From the NCBI GenBank assembly GCA_001816585.1, contig MHCJ01000003.1, positions 220,228-284,227 on the forward strand: a stretch of 64,000 nt of DNA. The letters run 5' to 3'. Made by a program: the position numbers and the translations under genes. This DNA is from Candidatus Chisholmbacteria bacterium RIFCSPHIGHO2_01_FULL_52_32 (lineage in GTDB: Bacteria; Patescibacteriota; Microgenomatia; UBA1400; Chisholmbacteraceae). Numbering within the stretch: the stretch's first letter is position 1; every line of letters starts with the position of its first letter. This document shows, piece by piece, positions 19,623-29,119 of the stretch. The notes under the pieces are model-generated. The model did not search any database. It was given only the letters and a program-made list of their open reading frames with translations, and was not told where the DNA came from.

Positions 19623-21668
19623 CTAGTTGGGTTCGATGTCTTTTTCAAGGGTAGAAAGCTTCGTTCTCACCGATTGCAGTTTCAGAAGCTTGGAGTTCTC
19701 CTCAAGGATTTCTCGAGCGAGCCTTTGAGTGGTTGCGATAAGCCGTGTATCTGAAAGTTCGGCGTACTTTAGGTTTACATACCCATGTTGTTTTGTCCCG
19801 TAGATTTCCCCTGGTCCACGCAGTTTAAGATCGAACTCCGCGAGCTGCCCTCCGGATTTTGCCGTTCCCAAGATCCGCAGCCGGGAGAGGCCCTGTGTCT
19901 TGGGATTTGAAGGAAAGAGGAGGCAGTAGCTTTCCTTGATCCCCCTGCCTACTCTGCCCCGGAGTTGGTGGAGCTGTGCAAGGCCAAAACGCTCCGCTCC
20001 CTCGATCATCATGACTGTCGCATTCGTGATGTCGATTCCCACTTCAACGACTGGTGTGGTGACGAGGATATTGGTTTTGCCTTTCCGAAACTTCTGGATT
20101 TCTTCCTCTTTTTTCCGTGACGAGAGGCGTCCGTGAAGCAGTGAAAGCGCAAGATCCGGGAAGACCTTGTCTTTCAGCCTGTCGAATTCCTCTGTTGCGG
20201 CACGGACTTGGAGCATCGTTTCGTTGGTACTCTCTTCGATCAGCGGACAAACGATGAAGGCTTGTTCCCCGAGCTTTATCCGCTCTCTCATCCATCTGTA
20301 GGCAGACTCCCGCTTGTGGGGAGGAATCACCCATGTCTTTATCCTGACCCGCCCCGGAGGCATTTCATCAAGGATGGAGAGGTCGAGGTCTCCATAGAGG
20401 GTGAGGGCAACCGTGCGAGGGATTGGGGTTGCCGTCATGGTAAGGATATGCGGAGTGCGGCTCTTTTTGATAAGCAAAGCCCGTTGTTCTACACCGAACC
20501 GATGTTGCTCATCGATGACCACGAGGGCATGGGAGCCGGTTTCTACCGTCTTATAGAGGAGGGCGTGTGTGCCGATCGCGACGTCGTATTTGGTGAGGTT
20601 TTCTTTCATTGATGAAGTTACCATCGCGATTCTCATCCCGAACGGAGCCAGAAGCTTCTTTATGGTCTCAAGGTGTTGCATGGCGAGGATCTCTGTCGGT
20701 GCCATCAGGGCTGACTTTTCCCCACTGATGAAGGCCGCATAGATCGCGATTGCCGCAATGACGGTTTTACCCGAGCCTACATCTCCCTGAAGGAGCCGGT
20801 TCATCGGTTTGTCCTGCCCTAAATCTCCCAATACTTCTTGGGTTACCCTCCTTTGTGCTTGCGTCAGCCTGAAAGGCAGACTGGAAAGGAAGACGTTCAG
20901 CTTGCTGTCCTCGATGACAAGTTTCTTTCCGAGCTTTCTCCTATCCCAACTTTTCCGTCTATTCTGAACTGCCAGCTGGATGTTTACCATCTCTTCGAAC
21001 GCAAGTCTGCCCCAAGCCTTTTTGGCTTCGGAGAGCGCACTTGGGAAATGGAGGGAAACAATCGCTTTGGGCAAAGGGACGAGGCTCTCTTGCTTTAGAA
21101 TAGATTCGGGAAGCCACTCCTCAAGTTCTGAGGCAAGGAGAGGAAGGAGCGGAGCGATCCGGGAACGGATCCACTTCGAGCTTACGCCTTTTGTTTCCGG
21201 GTAGACCGGGACGAGTCGGCCGGTGTGGATTGTGGTACCTTTTTCACGCATGTCGGTACTGGAGAGCTTCTCGTATTCCGGTGAGGTAAACTGGACCCCT
21301 TTTCCAAATTGTTGCGCTGTCCCTGCCAGGCTTACCCAGGACCCTGGTTTGAGCGTATTGGGGATATAGGGTTGATTAAACCAGGTTGCCTTAAGAGTTC
21401 CGGTTTGATCCGTGATGACGATTTTTTGGATGGTTTTGTGACTCCTGGTGAAAACGTTTCGGCTGGTTTTAACTTGTCCCCGGATCGTGACGACTTCCCC
21501 ATTTTGAACTGATCCGATCGGGGAAACCCGCGAATAATCCTCATACCGACGCGGGGGATGCATAAGGAGGTCTCCGACAGAATCAATGTCCAGTTTATTG
21601 AGGCGCCCGGCGTAGGTTGGGCCAACCATGTGCAGGGCTCGCACGGGGGTTTTTAAGGTGAGCTTCAT
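19623..21668 (-). CDS. recG: ATP-dependent DNA helicase RecG
   Basis: MNRLLQGDVGSGKT, MAPTEILA, VIDEQHRFG, MTATPIPRT, QLHQLRGRVGRG, DLKLRGPGE. Confidence 0.96.
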   Translation of the reverse strand: MKLTLKTPVRALHMVGPTYAGRLNKLDIDSVGDLLMHPPRRYEDYSRVSPIGSVQNGEVVTIRGQVKTSRNVFTRSHKTIQKIVITDQTGTLKATWFNQPYIPNTLKPGSWVSLAGTAQQFGKGVQFTSPEYEKLSSTDMREKGTTIHTGRLVPVYPETKGVSSKWIRSRIAPLLPLLASELEEWLPESILKQESLVPLPKAIVSLHFPSALSEAKKAWGRLAFEEMVNIQLAVQNRRKSWDRRKLGKKLVIEDSKLNVFLSSLPFRLTQAQRRVTQEVLGDLGQDKPMNRLLQGDVGSGKTVIAAIAIYAAFISGEKSALMAPTEILAMQHLETIKKLLAPFGMRIAMVTSSMKENLTKYDVAIGTHALLYKTVETGSHALVVIDEQHRFGVEQRALLIKKSRTPHILTMTATPIPRTVALTLYGDLDLSILDEMPPGRVRIKTWVIPPHKRESAYRWMRERIKLGEQAFIVCPLIEESTNETMLQVRAATEEFDRLKDKVFPDLALSLLHGRLSSRKKEEEIQKFRKGKTNILVTTPVVEVGIDITNATVMMIEGAERFGLAQLHQLRGRVGRGIKESYCLLFPSNPKTQGLSRLRILGTAKSGGQLAEFDLKLRGPGEIYGTKQHGYVNLKYAELSDTRLIATTQRLAREILEENSKLLKLQSVRTKLSTLEKDIEPN

Positions 21669-21715
21669 GAGGAGATTATAACTGACTCTTTCTTTACTTG
21701 TCCAAACGCGGTGCA

Positions 21716-21975
21716 ACTTTCTTTGCGTGCCCAAAGAAAGTGGCGAAAGAAAGGGCACCCCATGAGCGGTCTTTCGGGAACAGGTTTCGCTCATGCTGTG
21801 CGATCAAACTCCTATCCGCCAACTGGCGGATCGTTACACAGTGATCGCTTCTTTACAGTAATCGCTCAACCTGCTCTCGATACGCTTCGCTCAAAGGGGA
21901 ATTTGTTTCGGTTGAATTCGCTCACTTCGTTCTCGACCAAGTCTGACTTGGTTCTCGAATGGCTGCGTTCAAAGG
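21716..21975. repeat. Structured intergenic repeat/RNA-like element
   Basis: Hairpin ACTTTCTTTG-CGTGCC-CAAAGAAAGT with downstream GGGCAC, further hairpins CATGAGCG/CGCTCATG, ATCCGCCA-AC-TGGCGGAT, ACCAAGTC-T-GACTTGGT. Confidence 0.55.
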
Positions 21976-22070
21976 GGGAAGGGATGGATTGGTCTTGTAT
22001 TTGCTCAATAGTAATAGAAAAGCGGTAGGAGTGCAGTGGTGGTAAGGACTTTTCCTGGCCGTGAGTTCCG

Positions 22071-22110
22071 TCTCTCGGTGCTCCCCCGCCGACGAGGCGG
22101 GGTTGCGCTT
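22071..22110. repeat. Imperfect 40-bp direct repeat, copy 1
   Basis: TCTCTCGGTGCTCCCCCGCCGACGAGGCGGGGTTGCGCTT matches 23225-23265 at about 34 of 41 positions. Confidence 0.7.
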
Positions 22111-22144
22111 CATAGTCCATCTTGGTGTCAGTCGAAGGAAAGGA

Positions 22145-22600
22145 TTACTGTCGGATTAGCCGGTACGGGCCGAAGAATTCCGTTCTCTCGCCACATTCCT
22201 CTACTTGGATCCAGAAGACGGACCAGAGTCCGTCAATTCTCAGAGAGCGCCTCTGCCCGGACACGAGCTCGGTCTTGCCCGCACTATGTTGGTAGTTACA
22301 CGCTCCCTCGCCAACCACAGGAATTCTCTTTAATCCTACATAAGGGAAGAACGTCGATGCCAAATACTCCCGGTCTCCCTTGCAGACTAAGGATAGAAAC
22401 TTACATCGATACCCAAGGTCCGCGGGTTCCCGACCCTCCGTGACAAAGCCCTCGGCGAAACCCCCAGGATCATGGACGGCTTGTAGCCTTACAATCCGAA
22501 GGAAAGTGAGGAGCATGAAGGTGGCAAAACCAATAGCTGCGGTGAATATCAGAGCAAGCACCCACTGGTAGATTGGTCTCTTTCCCCATCTGTTCCCCAT
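22145..22600 (-). CDS. Hypothetical membrane-anchored protein
   Basis: 151-aa ORF, basic N-terminus then one TM helix and a Cys-containing outer domain. Confidence 0.5.
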   Translation of the reverse strand: MGNRWGKRPIYQWVLALIFTAAIGFATFMLLTFLRIVRLQAVHDPGGFAEGFVTEGREPADLGYRCKFLSLVCKGDREYLASTFFPYVGLKRIPVVGEGACNYQHSAGKTELVSGQRRSLRIDGLWSVFWIQVEECGERTEFFGPYRLIRQ

Positions 22601-22695
22601 ACGGATAGCTGAAGTGTAGCAAACCTACTTGGTGAAAAAAAGGGGAAGCAGATACCGAGGAGACCACCAGATCAACTCTTCTACAACCGAGCTCG

Positions 22696-22965
22696 CTACC
22701 GATCCAATTCGACCGCAGCTAGATTGACGAAATCTGAGATTGTTGCGGCACCGACCTCATTCGGGTGGAAACAGTCACCTGGACCTTCCTCCTTCCTTCG
22801 TATTGGGAGAGGCAGGGGGGAGTTTGACTCTGGATCACCTGGGTACTGAATCCAGGTATTGGAGATTTCAGGCGGGTCATCACCACAAACCACCTTAGGC
22901 GATTCATGGCCATGAAAAGCCAGATGCAGTACTGCCGTCACGGACATTTGTTCCGGCTCTCCCAA
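22696..22965 (-). pseudogene. C-terminal fragment of an SGNH/GDSL hydrolase
   Basis: GDCFHPNEVGA matches SGNH block V (DxxHPNxxG); N-terminal GDS block not found. Confidence 0.5.
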
Positions 22966-23011
22966 TGGAATCCAAACATCCGATTCGAAAGATCCGTTCA
23001 GGAGGTGGCGG

Positions 23012-23173
23012 ATGAGAGACCCGCGGGCAAGGACGCTAGAGGCCTACATGCGCGTTGTGGCGGAATCCCTCCCGCAGGTTTTCCTTCTGGAGCATGTTCA
23101 CGGAATTGCGTACACTGGAAAAAAGGAGGGCTTCACTTATCTATTGACGCTTACTGACCAGATCAACAGGTAA
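23012..23173 (+). pseudogene. Internal fragment of a C5 DNA cytosine methyltransferase
   Basis: MRDPRARTLEAYMRVVAESLPQVFLLEHVHGI resembles motifs V-VI (DxRxxL ... PxxFLLENV); SAM-binding and PC motifs absent. Confidence 0.6.
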
Positions 23174-23224
23174 AGAGGTGTTTCCTATCAGCTGTCTCGG
23201 GCCGACCTGATCCACTCGGGGCGC

Positions 23225-23265
23225 TCTCTCAGTGCTCCCCCCACCGAATAGGCGTGGTTGTGCTT
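23225..23265. repeat. Imperfect 40-bp direct repeat, copy 2
   Basis: TCTCTCAGTGCTCCCCCCACCGAATAGGCGTGGTTGTGCTT. Confidence 0.7.
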
Positions 23266-23310
23266 TGTGATGGACCGTAGATCACCCACATGCTATGCTG
23301 AAGCTACACG

Positions 23311-23832
23311 ATGAGAATTCGCCAGCCGATGGTCTTCATCACCCTTGCGGTTGTCCTTGTTACACTACTCATTGTCGCAAGAGGCCGCTACCCCGCTTCT
23401 CCACCGGAACGGTCATCGCCTCGCGATACCTCCTCGCTTCTCCCTCCGAGAACTGGCGAGTCGCCAACACCCCTCCAGTCCTACACATCTTCAATTCCTC
23501 CAGGGGAACTCCCCAACCTTTACCCTGGAACTCAGTGGACAACTCCAAAGAGTGCCGAGTATCCATTTGTGACACTGACCGGTGAGGGCAAGTTCCTTGA
23601 TGGATTTGGGCTTGAATCGACCGCACTCGTGGACTCTCCAAACGATTTCCTCGAGCACTACCAGAGGGAACTAGCTCGAGGAGGTTGGACTTTCCTCGAA
23701 GTGGCAGGAGACGAAGTGTACAGTTACGCGAAGGGAGAATCGCTATTCATGTATCGTTACGATGAGATTACCGAAGGCGAGGGACTATCTCGCCACGTTG
23801 TCGGATATAAGCTGTTCGTACAATACAACTAA
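23311..23832 (+). CDS. Hypothetical exported/membrane-anchored protein
   Basis: N-terminal hydrophobic anchor, Pro/Ser linker, YxxELxxxGW motif. Confidence 0.65.
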   Translation: MRIRQPMVFITLAVVLVTLLIVARGRYPASPPERSSPRDTSSLLPPRTGESPTPLQSYTSSIPPGELPNLYPGTQWTTPKSAEYPFVTLTGEGKFLDGFGLESTALVDSPNDFLEHYQRELARGGWTFLEVAGDEVYSYAKGESLFMYRYDEITEGEGLSRHVVGYKLFVQYN

Positions 23833-24112
23833 AGCATTCCCCCGGAAAGAGGGTCCGCGTGATGCGGCTGCATTCGTCCAGGTTTCCGGTGCTAATGTAC
23901 CCAAGTGTGCTGCATTGAAGCTCCGGCGCCTCCTACTGCCCACCCTTTAGCGACAACCATCCGTACAGGGGGACGCGCAGGAGATGTTCCGCCGCCTCAG
24001 CAAGACAGGTCTTCGAGAATTCTATGAGCCGTAGAAGACCCTTCTAGCGAGATACATTAATGCGTAGAGCCCAAGACTGTATCCCCTCTAGAGTGGAAGT
24101 TTCACTGCTCGT

Positions 24113-24328
24113 TTATCGAGTTCGGCTTGACCTATACCTTAGGTATTCGACAACGAAGGCAATAAGAGTGGTTATTAGTATGATTTGTGCGAGAAATGGA
24201 GGCAATACTCCTACCATAATAATCACTACCACTAACACAAACGTCCAGATCTTCCAGTTTGGCTGATTCAGGAATGGCGTGTCAAGCCTACGTTTCTCCC
24301 GCAGATAGTCAATTACTGAATAGCCCAC
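24113..24328 (-). CDS. Small hypothetical membrane protein
   Basis: 71-aa ORF with two hydrophobic helices downstream of the toxin gene. Confidence 0.35.
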   Translation of the reverse strand: MGYSVIDYLREKRRLDTPFLNQPNWKIWTFVLVVVIIMVGVLPPFLAQIILITTLIAFVVEYLRYRSSRTR

Positions 24329-24347
24329 GAGGTCCTAGAGATTCAAT

Positions 24348-24605
24348 TTAACCGTAAAGATTGCTGTGCGAATCGATTACAACAAAAATTGCTTCTCCTG
24401 CTTCTCTTTTAAAAATTGCTCTTATATCGCCAGTAACATTTATGCTTCTGTAGCCGGAGTACTTCCCTTTGAGTGCGTGGTTGTTCAAAATTGGATGAAA
24501 CTCGTCTTTACTAAAAAGTCTTAATCTGTCTTCTAGTTTTTCTTTTACTTGGGGGAGCAATTTCTTATAACTCTTTTTGAAGTTAGCATGATAGACTATG
24601 ATCAT
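24348..24605 (-). CDS. Type II toxin, RelE/YafQ family mRNA interferase
   Basis: FKKSYKKL, LNNHALKG, YRSINVTGDIRAIF, IDSHSNLY. Confidence 0.88.
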   Translation of the reverse strand: MIIVYHANFKKSYKKLLPQVKEKLEDRLRLFSKDEFHPILNNHALKGKYSGYRSINVTGDIRAIFKREAGEAIFVVIDSHSNLYG

Positions 24606-24877
24606 CGAGATTTCAGCCAGTCAATAGACTCTTTCACCGACTTAAATCTAGGGGATAGATTTAGACCCCTTTTTATGTCTTCATCTACTCTATCAAGAAG
24701 CTTCTCGAGCTCGCGACTCATATGAGGCGTATCGGAAAAAACTATTTTCCTTGTTCTAATAAAATTTCTTAGAGACGCATTAATGACATCACTCAGGTTT
24801 AACCCCAATTTTCGTGCAAGCGCCGCTGCATTTTCTTTCACCTCTTTATCAGCTTTGATGTGGATTACTGTTTGCAT
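24602..24877 (-). CDS. Type II antitoxin, RelB/DinJ-like
   Basis: RHH-like N-terminus IHIKADKEVKE..A..LGLNLSDVINASLR; ATGA overlap with toxin; TTGACA/TATACT promoter upstream. Confidence 0.85.
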   Translation of the reverse strand: MQTVIHIKADKEVKENAAALARKLGLNLSDVINASLRNFIRTRKIVFSDTPHMSRELEKLLDRVDEDIKRGLNLSPRFKSVKESIDWLKSR

Positions 24878-25059
24878 AATAACTGAAGTATATACAATAG
24901 TTACTGATGTGTCAATAGTCCATTTTCGCCACCTATGATATCGGCACGGGACTAGAGGGAGTAGAACAGGGGTAGGAGGGAGGTTGCAACCAGGGCCAAG
25001 CTTGCGATGGCAACCAGGATAGTCCAGATTCGTTTATGGCGTTTGGAGAGGAGCACAGG

Positions 25060-25180
25060 AATAAATGTAAAATTTAAAATTCAAAGTTAAAAGTTACCGT
25101 GTAAGGTTAAAAGCTTGCGGAGTAACTTTCAATTTTGAACTGCATTTTTTCATTATTACCTTTTCATTTTGAACTTTTTA
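25060..25180. repeat. 7-mer repeat tract with inverted arms
   Basis: AAAATTT/AAAATTC/AAAGTTA units then ACTTTCA/ATTTTGA/CTTTTCA units. Confidence 0.8.
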
Positions 25181-25196
25181 TCCTATCCCCTACTGC

Positions 25197-26381
25197 CTAT
25201 TTCGTGAGGCGGATGAATTTCCGCTTGCCGGCCCTGATTACCGAGCCAGGTTGTAATTGAGGTTTCTCAAGCGGAGTATTGATACGCTTTCCGTTTATTG
25301 CTACGCCACCTTGACTGATGAGCCTTTTGGCTTCGGATCTGGTTTCAGCAAGCTTGGCTTTTGTCAGGATATCCGTGATGGTATCGTTTTCGGATATATT
25401 TTCCATTGAGAAATCCTTTAGTTCTTCAGGAGGTAGGCCACGTTGAACCACCCGCTCGAAGGCTTCTTTTATTTGTGATGCCTTGGATTGGCCATGGAAT
25501 GTCCGGGTGACCTCGAAAGCCAGGCGTTTCTTGTTTGCGAGAGGATCGTTGGGAAGGGACCTTATCTCCACAAGAGGAATATCAGTCACAAGCTCGAGGT
25601 AAGGGAGGATTTGGCTATCCGGGAGACTCATGATCTTTCCGTACATGTCTTCCGCCGAATCGGACAGCCAGATGCAGTTTTTAGAGGTTTTGCTCATCAT
25701 CTTTCCGTCAGTCCCCATGATCATGGGGACGGTGAGGATATATTTTTCCCTGTGATTGATTTTCGCTTGGAGTTCCCTTCCGATCAGCATGTTGAACTCC
25801 TGATCCGTTCCCCCGATCTCGAGGTCAACATCCATGACGACGGAATCATATCCCTGAAGGAGCGGGTACATGGTTTCGTGGTACCAGACCGTATCTCCTT
25901 GATCGAGGCGACGCTTAAACATGTCTCTCTTAAACAGCTGAATTGCCGAGATGTGCGAGGCGACAGTGATGATTTCCTTTAAGCTTAAGTTTGTGAGCCA
26001 GTCGGCATTCTTTCTGATCGTCACTTTCGTAAAGTCAACAATCGGTTCCACCTGTTTCTTCCAGGTTCTGATGTTTGACTCAATCTCTTCTCCTTTAAGG
26101 ACCTTCCTTCCGCTTTCCCGCTGTGACGGGTCTCCGACGAGGACGGTTCCCGTTCCGAACAGAAAGATAACCTCGTGTCCGAGACTGGCGAATTCCATGA
26201 GTTTCCGAAGCCCGATTGTGTGTCCCAGATGAAGCTTTGCACCGGTTGGATCAAACCCTTGGTACAGGCGAATTTTCCGGGTTGTGATAAGTTGTTTTAA
26301 GCCCTCTTTGGAGGGGAGAATTTTGTCTACCCGTCGGGAGAGCAACGAATCGATCGCATCTTTTGTGTTTCCGATAGTCAT
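25197..26381 (-). CDS. tyrS: Tyrosine--tRNA ligase
   Basis: GFDPTG, HLGH, YPLLQGYD, GGTDQ, MMSKT (KMSKS-like), C-terminal S4 domain. Confidence 0.96.
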   Translation of the reverse strand: MTIGNTKDAIDSLLSRRVDKILPSKEGLKQLITTRKIRLYQGFDPTGAKLHLGHTIGLRKLMEFASLGHEVIFLFGTGTVLVGDPSQRESGRKVLKGEEIESNIRTWKKQVEPIVDFTKVTIRKNADWLTNLSLKEIITVASHISAIQLFKRDMFKRRLDQGDTVWYHETMYPLLQGYDSVVMDVDLEIGGTDQEFNMLIGRELQAKINHREKYILTVPMIMGTDGKMMSKTSKNCIWLSDSAEDMYGKIMSLPDSQILPYLELVTDIPLVEIRSLPNDPLANKKRLAFEVTRTFHGQSKASQIKEAFERVVQRGLPPEELKDFSMENISENDTITDILTKAKLAETRSEAKRLISQGGVAINGKRINTPLEKPQLQPGSVIRAGKRKFIRLTK

Positions 26382-26477
26382 TTCGTTAAAATTATACATC
26401 TTTTGAGTAAAGAGGAGGTTCGGGATGGACCCCTTGCTTGATTGATCCATCGGACGAAGCGCGATACAATAAACCTT

Positions 26478-29096
26478 ATGTTCCATCATCTTCCCTGGCG
26501 AAGAGCTTGGAGGAAGAGACTTCAAAAGATCGGGTTTCGTAAGGTGGGCAATTCTTCCTCCGTTCGAGCAAAGATCCTGCGCGGTGTCGCATTGTTGGCA
26601 TTTTTCTCCGTTCTTTTTCTGGCACTTGTCTCTTCTGTTCTGTTTGCTTGGTATGCAAAGGATCTCCCCAGGCCGGATAGGGTTGTGCGGCGGGAGGGGT
26701 TTGCTACCCAGATTCTTGATAGGGAGGGAAAGCTACTCTGGGATGTTTACAGTGAGCAGCGCCGGATTCCGGTTGCTTTGGACCAGGTTCCTGTTTATCT
26801 TCGGCAAGCCGTGATTGCCGTTGAGGATAAGGATTTCTATACCCACGAGGGATTTGATCCGCGGGGGATTCTCCGGGCTGTGAAAAATATTATTTTATAC
26901 CGCCGGCTGCAGGGAGGTTCTACGCTGACCCAGCAGCTTGTGAAAAACGTGCTTTTGACTTCTGAACGAACGCTTCCGCGAAAGATTAAGGAGTTTCTCC
27001 TGTCTGTCCAGATAGAACGCCGTTTCTCAAAGGATGAAATTCTGACGATGTACTTGAACGAAGCCCCTTTCGGAGGAACAGCCTGGGGCGTTGAGGCTGC
27101 GTCTGAGGTCTATTTCGGCAAGAAAGTGTCTGAGTTATCGCTTATCGAATCCGCCATTTTGGCGGGATTCCCCCAGCGTCCGACCGCGTATTCCCCGTTC
27201 GGACCCAACCCAAAGGCGTACTTGGGTCGAACCCGTGAGGTTTTGCGACGGATGCGCGAAGACGGTTACATCAATAAGGACCAGGAACAAGAGGCCGAGA
27301 CAGCCCTTTCGCAGATCACCTTTGCTCCCACCGACACAAGTATCTTGGCACCCCACTTTGTGATGTACGTGCGGGAAAAGCTGGCGGAGCTCTATGGGGA
27401 CCAGGTGGTTGAGCAGGGTGGGTTACGGGTAACCACGAGTTTGGATCTCACGCTGCAGGAAAAGGCCCAGCAGTTTGTTTCGGAGGAGATTTCGAAAGTG
27501 ACCGGAGTTCACATCACCAATGGTGCGGCAGTCGTCATGGATCCCCGGAGTGGTGAGATTCTGGCGATGGTGGGGAGTAAGGATTTCTGGGCTTCGGATT
27601 ACGACGGCCAAGTGAATGTTTCCCTCGCCTTGCGTCAGCCCGGCAGCGCGATCAAGCCGGTGACGTATGCGACTGCGTTTGGCAGGGGCTATACCCCCGC
27701 GACACCGATTATGGATGTTCAAACGGAGTTTCCCGGAAGGGTTCCGGAGGAGCCATACATTCCGGTTAACTACGATGGGAACTATCATGGGCCGCTTTCC
27801 CTCCGGTTTGCCCTCGGAAGCTCCATTAACGTACCGGCGGTGAAGATTTTGCAGCTTATAGGTTTGCGCGATATGTTAACGACGGCACATGAGATGGGCT
27901 TCACCACACTTTCCCCGAGCCAGGAGAACATGCAGCGGTTTGGGCTTTCCGTGACTCTGGGTGGAGGGGAGGTTAAGCTTATCGACATGGTTTCCGCATA
28001 CAGCTCTCTAGCAAACGGCGGTCTTCGAGTCGAACCGGTTTCCCTGCTTCGGGTTGAGGATCGTTCGGGTAAGGTGTTGCTCGAGCAAAAACCATTGGAA
28101 GGCCGGAGGGTGCTCACAGGTGAGGTCGCTTTCCTTATTAACAACGTGCTTTCTGATAATTCCGCCCGGCTCATCACCTTTGGACCCAATAGTCTTATTA
28201 ACATCAGCGGCAGTAATATTGCCGTAAAGACCGGGACCACCAACGATCGACGTGACAACTGGACAGTCGGTTGGACCAATGGAACGGCAGTGGTCGGCGT
28301 CTGGGTGGGTAATAATGACAACACTCCCATGCGTGAGGTTGCCTCGGGGGTAACCGGGGCGGCTCCGATCTGGCGGCGGATCTTTTTAGAAGTGCTTCGG
28401 ACGCGTGATGATCCGCCTTTTTCTGCCCCTTCCGGGATTGAGACGCACAAAGTGGATGCAGTCTCCGGTTACCCTGAACATGACGGTTACCCTTCCCGAG
28501 ATGAGTCGTTTATCCCAGGCACCCTTCCGAGCGGTGAAGACCCTATCCATGTGAAGCTCAAGGTTTGCCGTTCCTCCGGAAAACTGGCTACGTCGGCACA
28601 GATTGCAAACGGCGACTATGAGGAAAAGGAATTCTTCGTTTTTCAACCTCCGGTTGTATTGTCATCGGAAGTGCAGGCTCGTTGGAAAAAAGGGATCGAC
28701 GAATGGGCAACTTCTCAATCGGACGGGCGGTACCATCCTCCGACCGAACTGTGCGAAGGCCAGGGAGAGATCGTTGTTCGCGTTAAGAGTCCGGTTGACA
28801 AGACCCAACTTTCGTCAAACGATGTCGCCATGGATGTTGAGGTATTTTCCGATTCGTCGGTGGAGTGGGTACAGATCATGGTTGATGGTGTTGTCCGCGA
28901 TACCCTTGCGAACCGGCCATTTCGCACGACCATGTTTCTTTCCGACGGAAGGTACACCCTGAAGTTTCGGGCCCGAAGCGGCGGGAAGGAAGCGGAAAGC
29001 GGAGAGCTCGCAATCGGAGTGAATGTGCCTTGGGAGGTTCCTCCTACTCCTACGCCCTCCCCAACCCTTACCCCACCCCCAACCCCTACCCCCTGA
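26478..29096 (+). CDS. Class A penicillin-binding protein (PBP1A family) with C-terminal Ig-like domain and Pro-Thr tail
   Basis: EDKDFY-H-G, GGSTLTQQLVKN, RKIKE, QPGSAIKP, SIN, KTGT motifs. Confidence 0.95.
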   Translation: MFHHLPWRRAWRKRLQKIGFRKVGNSSSVRAKILRGVALLAFFSVLFLALVSSVLFAWYAKDLPRPDRVVRREGFATQILDREGKLLWDVYSEQRRIPVALDQVPVYLRQAVIAVEDKDFYTHEGFDPRGILRAVKNIILYRRLQGGSTLTQQLVKNVLLTSERTLPRKIKEFLLSVQIERRFSKDEILTMYLNEAPFGGTAWGVEAASEVYFGKKVSELSLIESAILAGFPQRPTAYSPFGPNPKAYLGRTREVLRRMREDGYINKDQEQEAETALSQITFAPTDTSILAPHFVMYVREKLAELYGDQVVEQGGLRVTTSLDLTLQEKAQQFVSEEISKVTGVHITNGAAVVMDPRSGEILAMVGSKDFWASDYDGQVNVSLALRQPGSAIKPVTYATAFGRGYTPATPIMDVQTEFPGRVPEEPYIPVNYDGNYHGPLSLRFALGSSINVPAVKILQLIGLRDMLTTAHEMGFTTLSPSQENMQRFGLSVTLGGGEVKLIDMVSAYSSLANGGLRVEPVSLLRVEDRSGKVLLEQKPLEGRRVLTGEVAFLINNVLSDNSARLITFGPNSLINISGSNIAVKTGTTNDRRDNWTVGWTNGTAVVGVWVGNNDNTPMREVASGVTGAAPIWRRIFLEVLRTRDDPPFSAPSGIETHKVDAVSGYPEHDGYPSRDESFIPGTLPSGEDPIHVKLKVCRSSGKLATSAQIANGDYEEKEFFVFQPPVVLSSEVQARWKKGIDEWATSQSDGRYHPPTELCEGQGEIVVRVKSPVDKTQLSSNDVAMDVEVFSDSSVEWVQIMVDGVVRDTLANRPFRTTMFLSDGRYTLKFRARSGGKEAESGELAIGVNVPWEVPPTPTPSPTLTPPPTPTP

Positions 29097-29119
29097 GGCA
29101 TGGATAAGCGGAATGTTCC

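Noticed and set aside
22071-24877. Integron cassette array
   Set aside because: No integron integrase and the repeats lack RYYYAAC/GTTRRRY attC ends; ORFs are in mixed orientation
25197-26525. N-terminal extensions of TyrS, RecG, KhpA, PBP1A and several pilins in the ORF track
   Set aside because: Extensions run through promoter hexamers or neighbouring genes; downstream starts match family N-termini
29040-29093. DNA repeat at the PBP1A 3' end
   Set aside because: Simply encodes a Pro-Thr low-complexity tail
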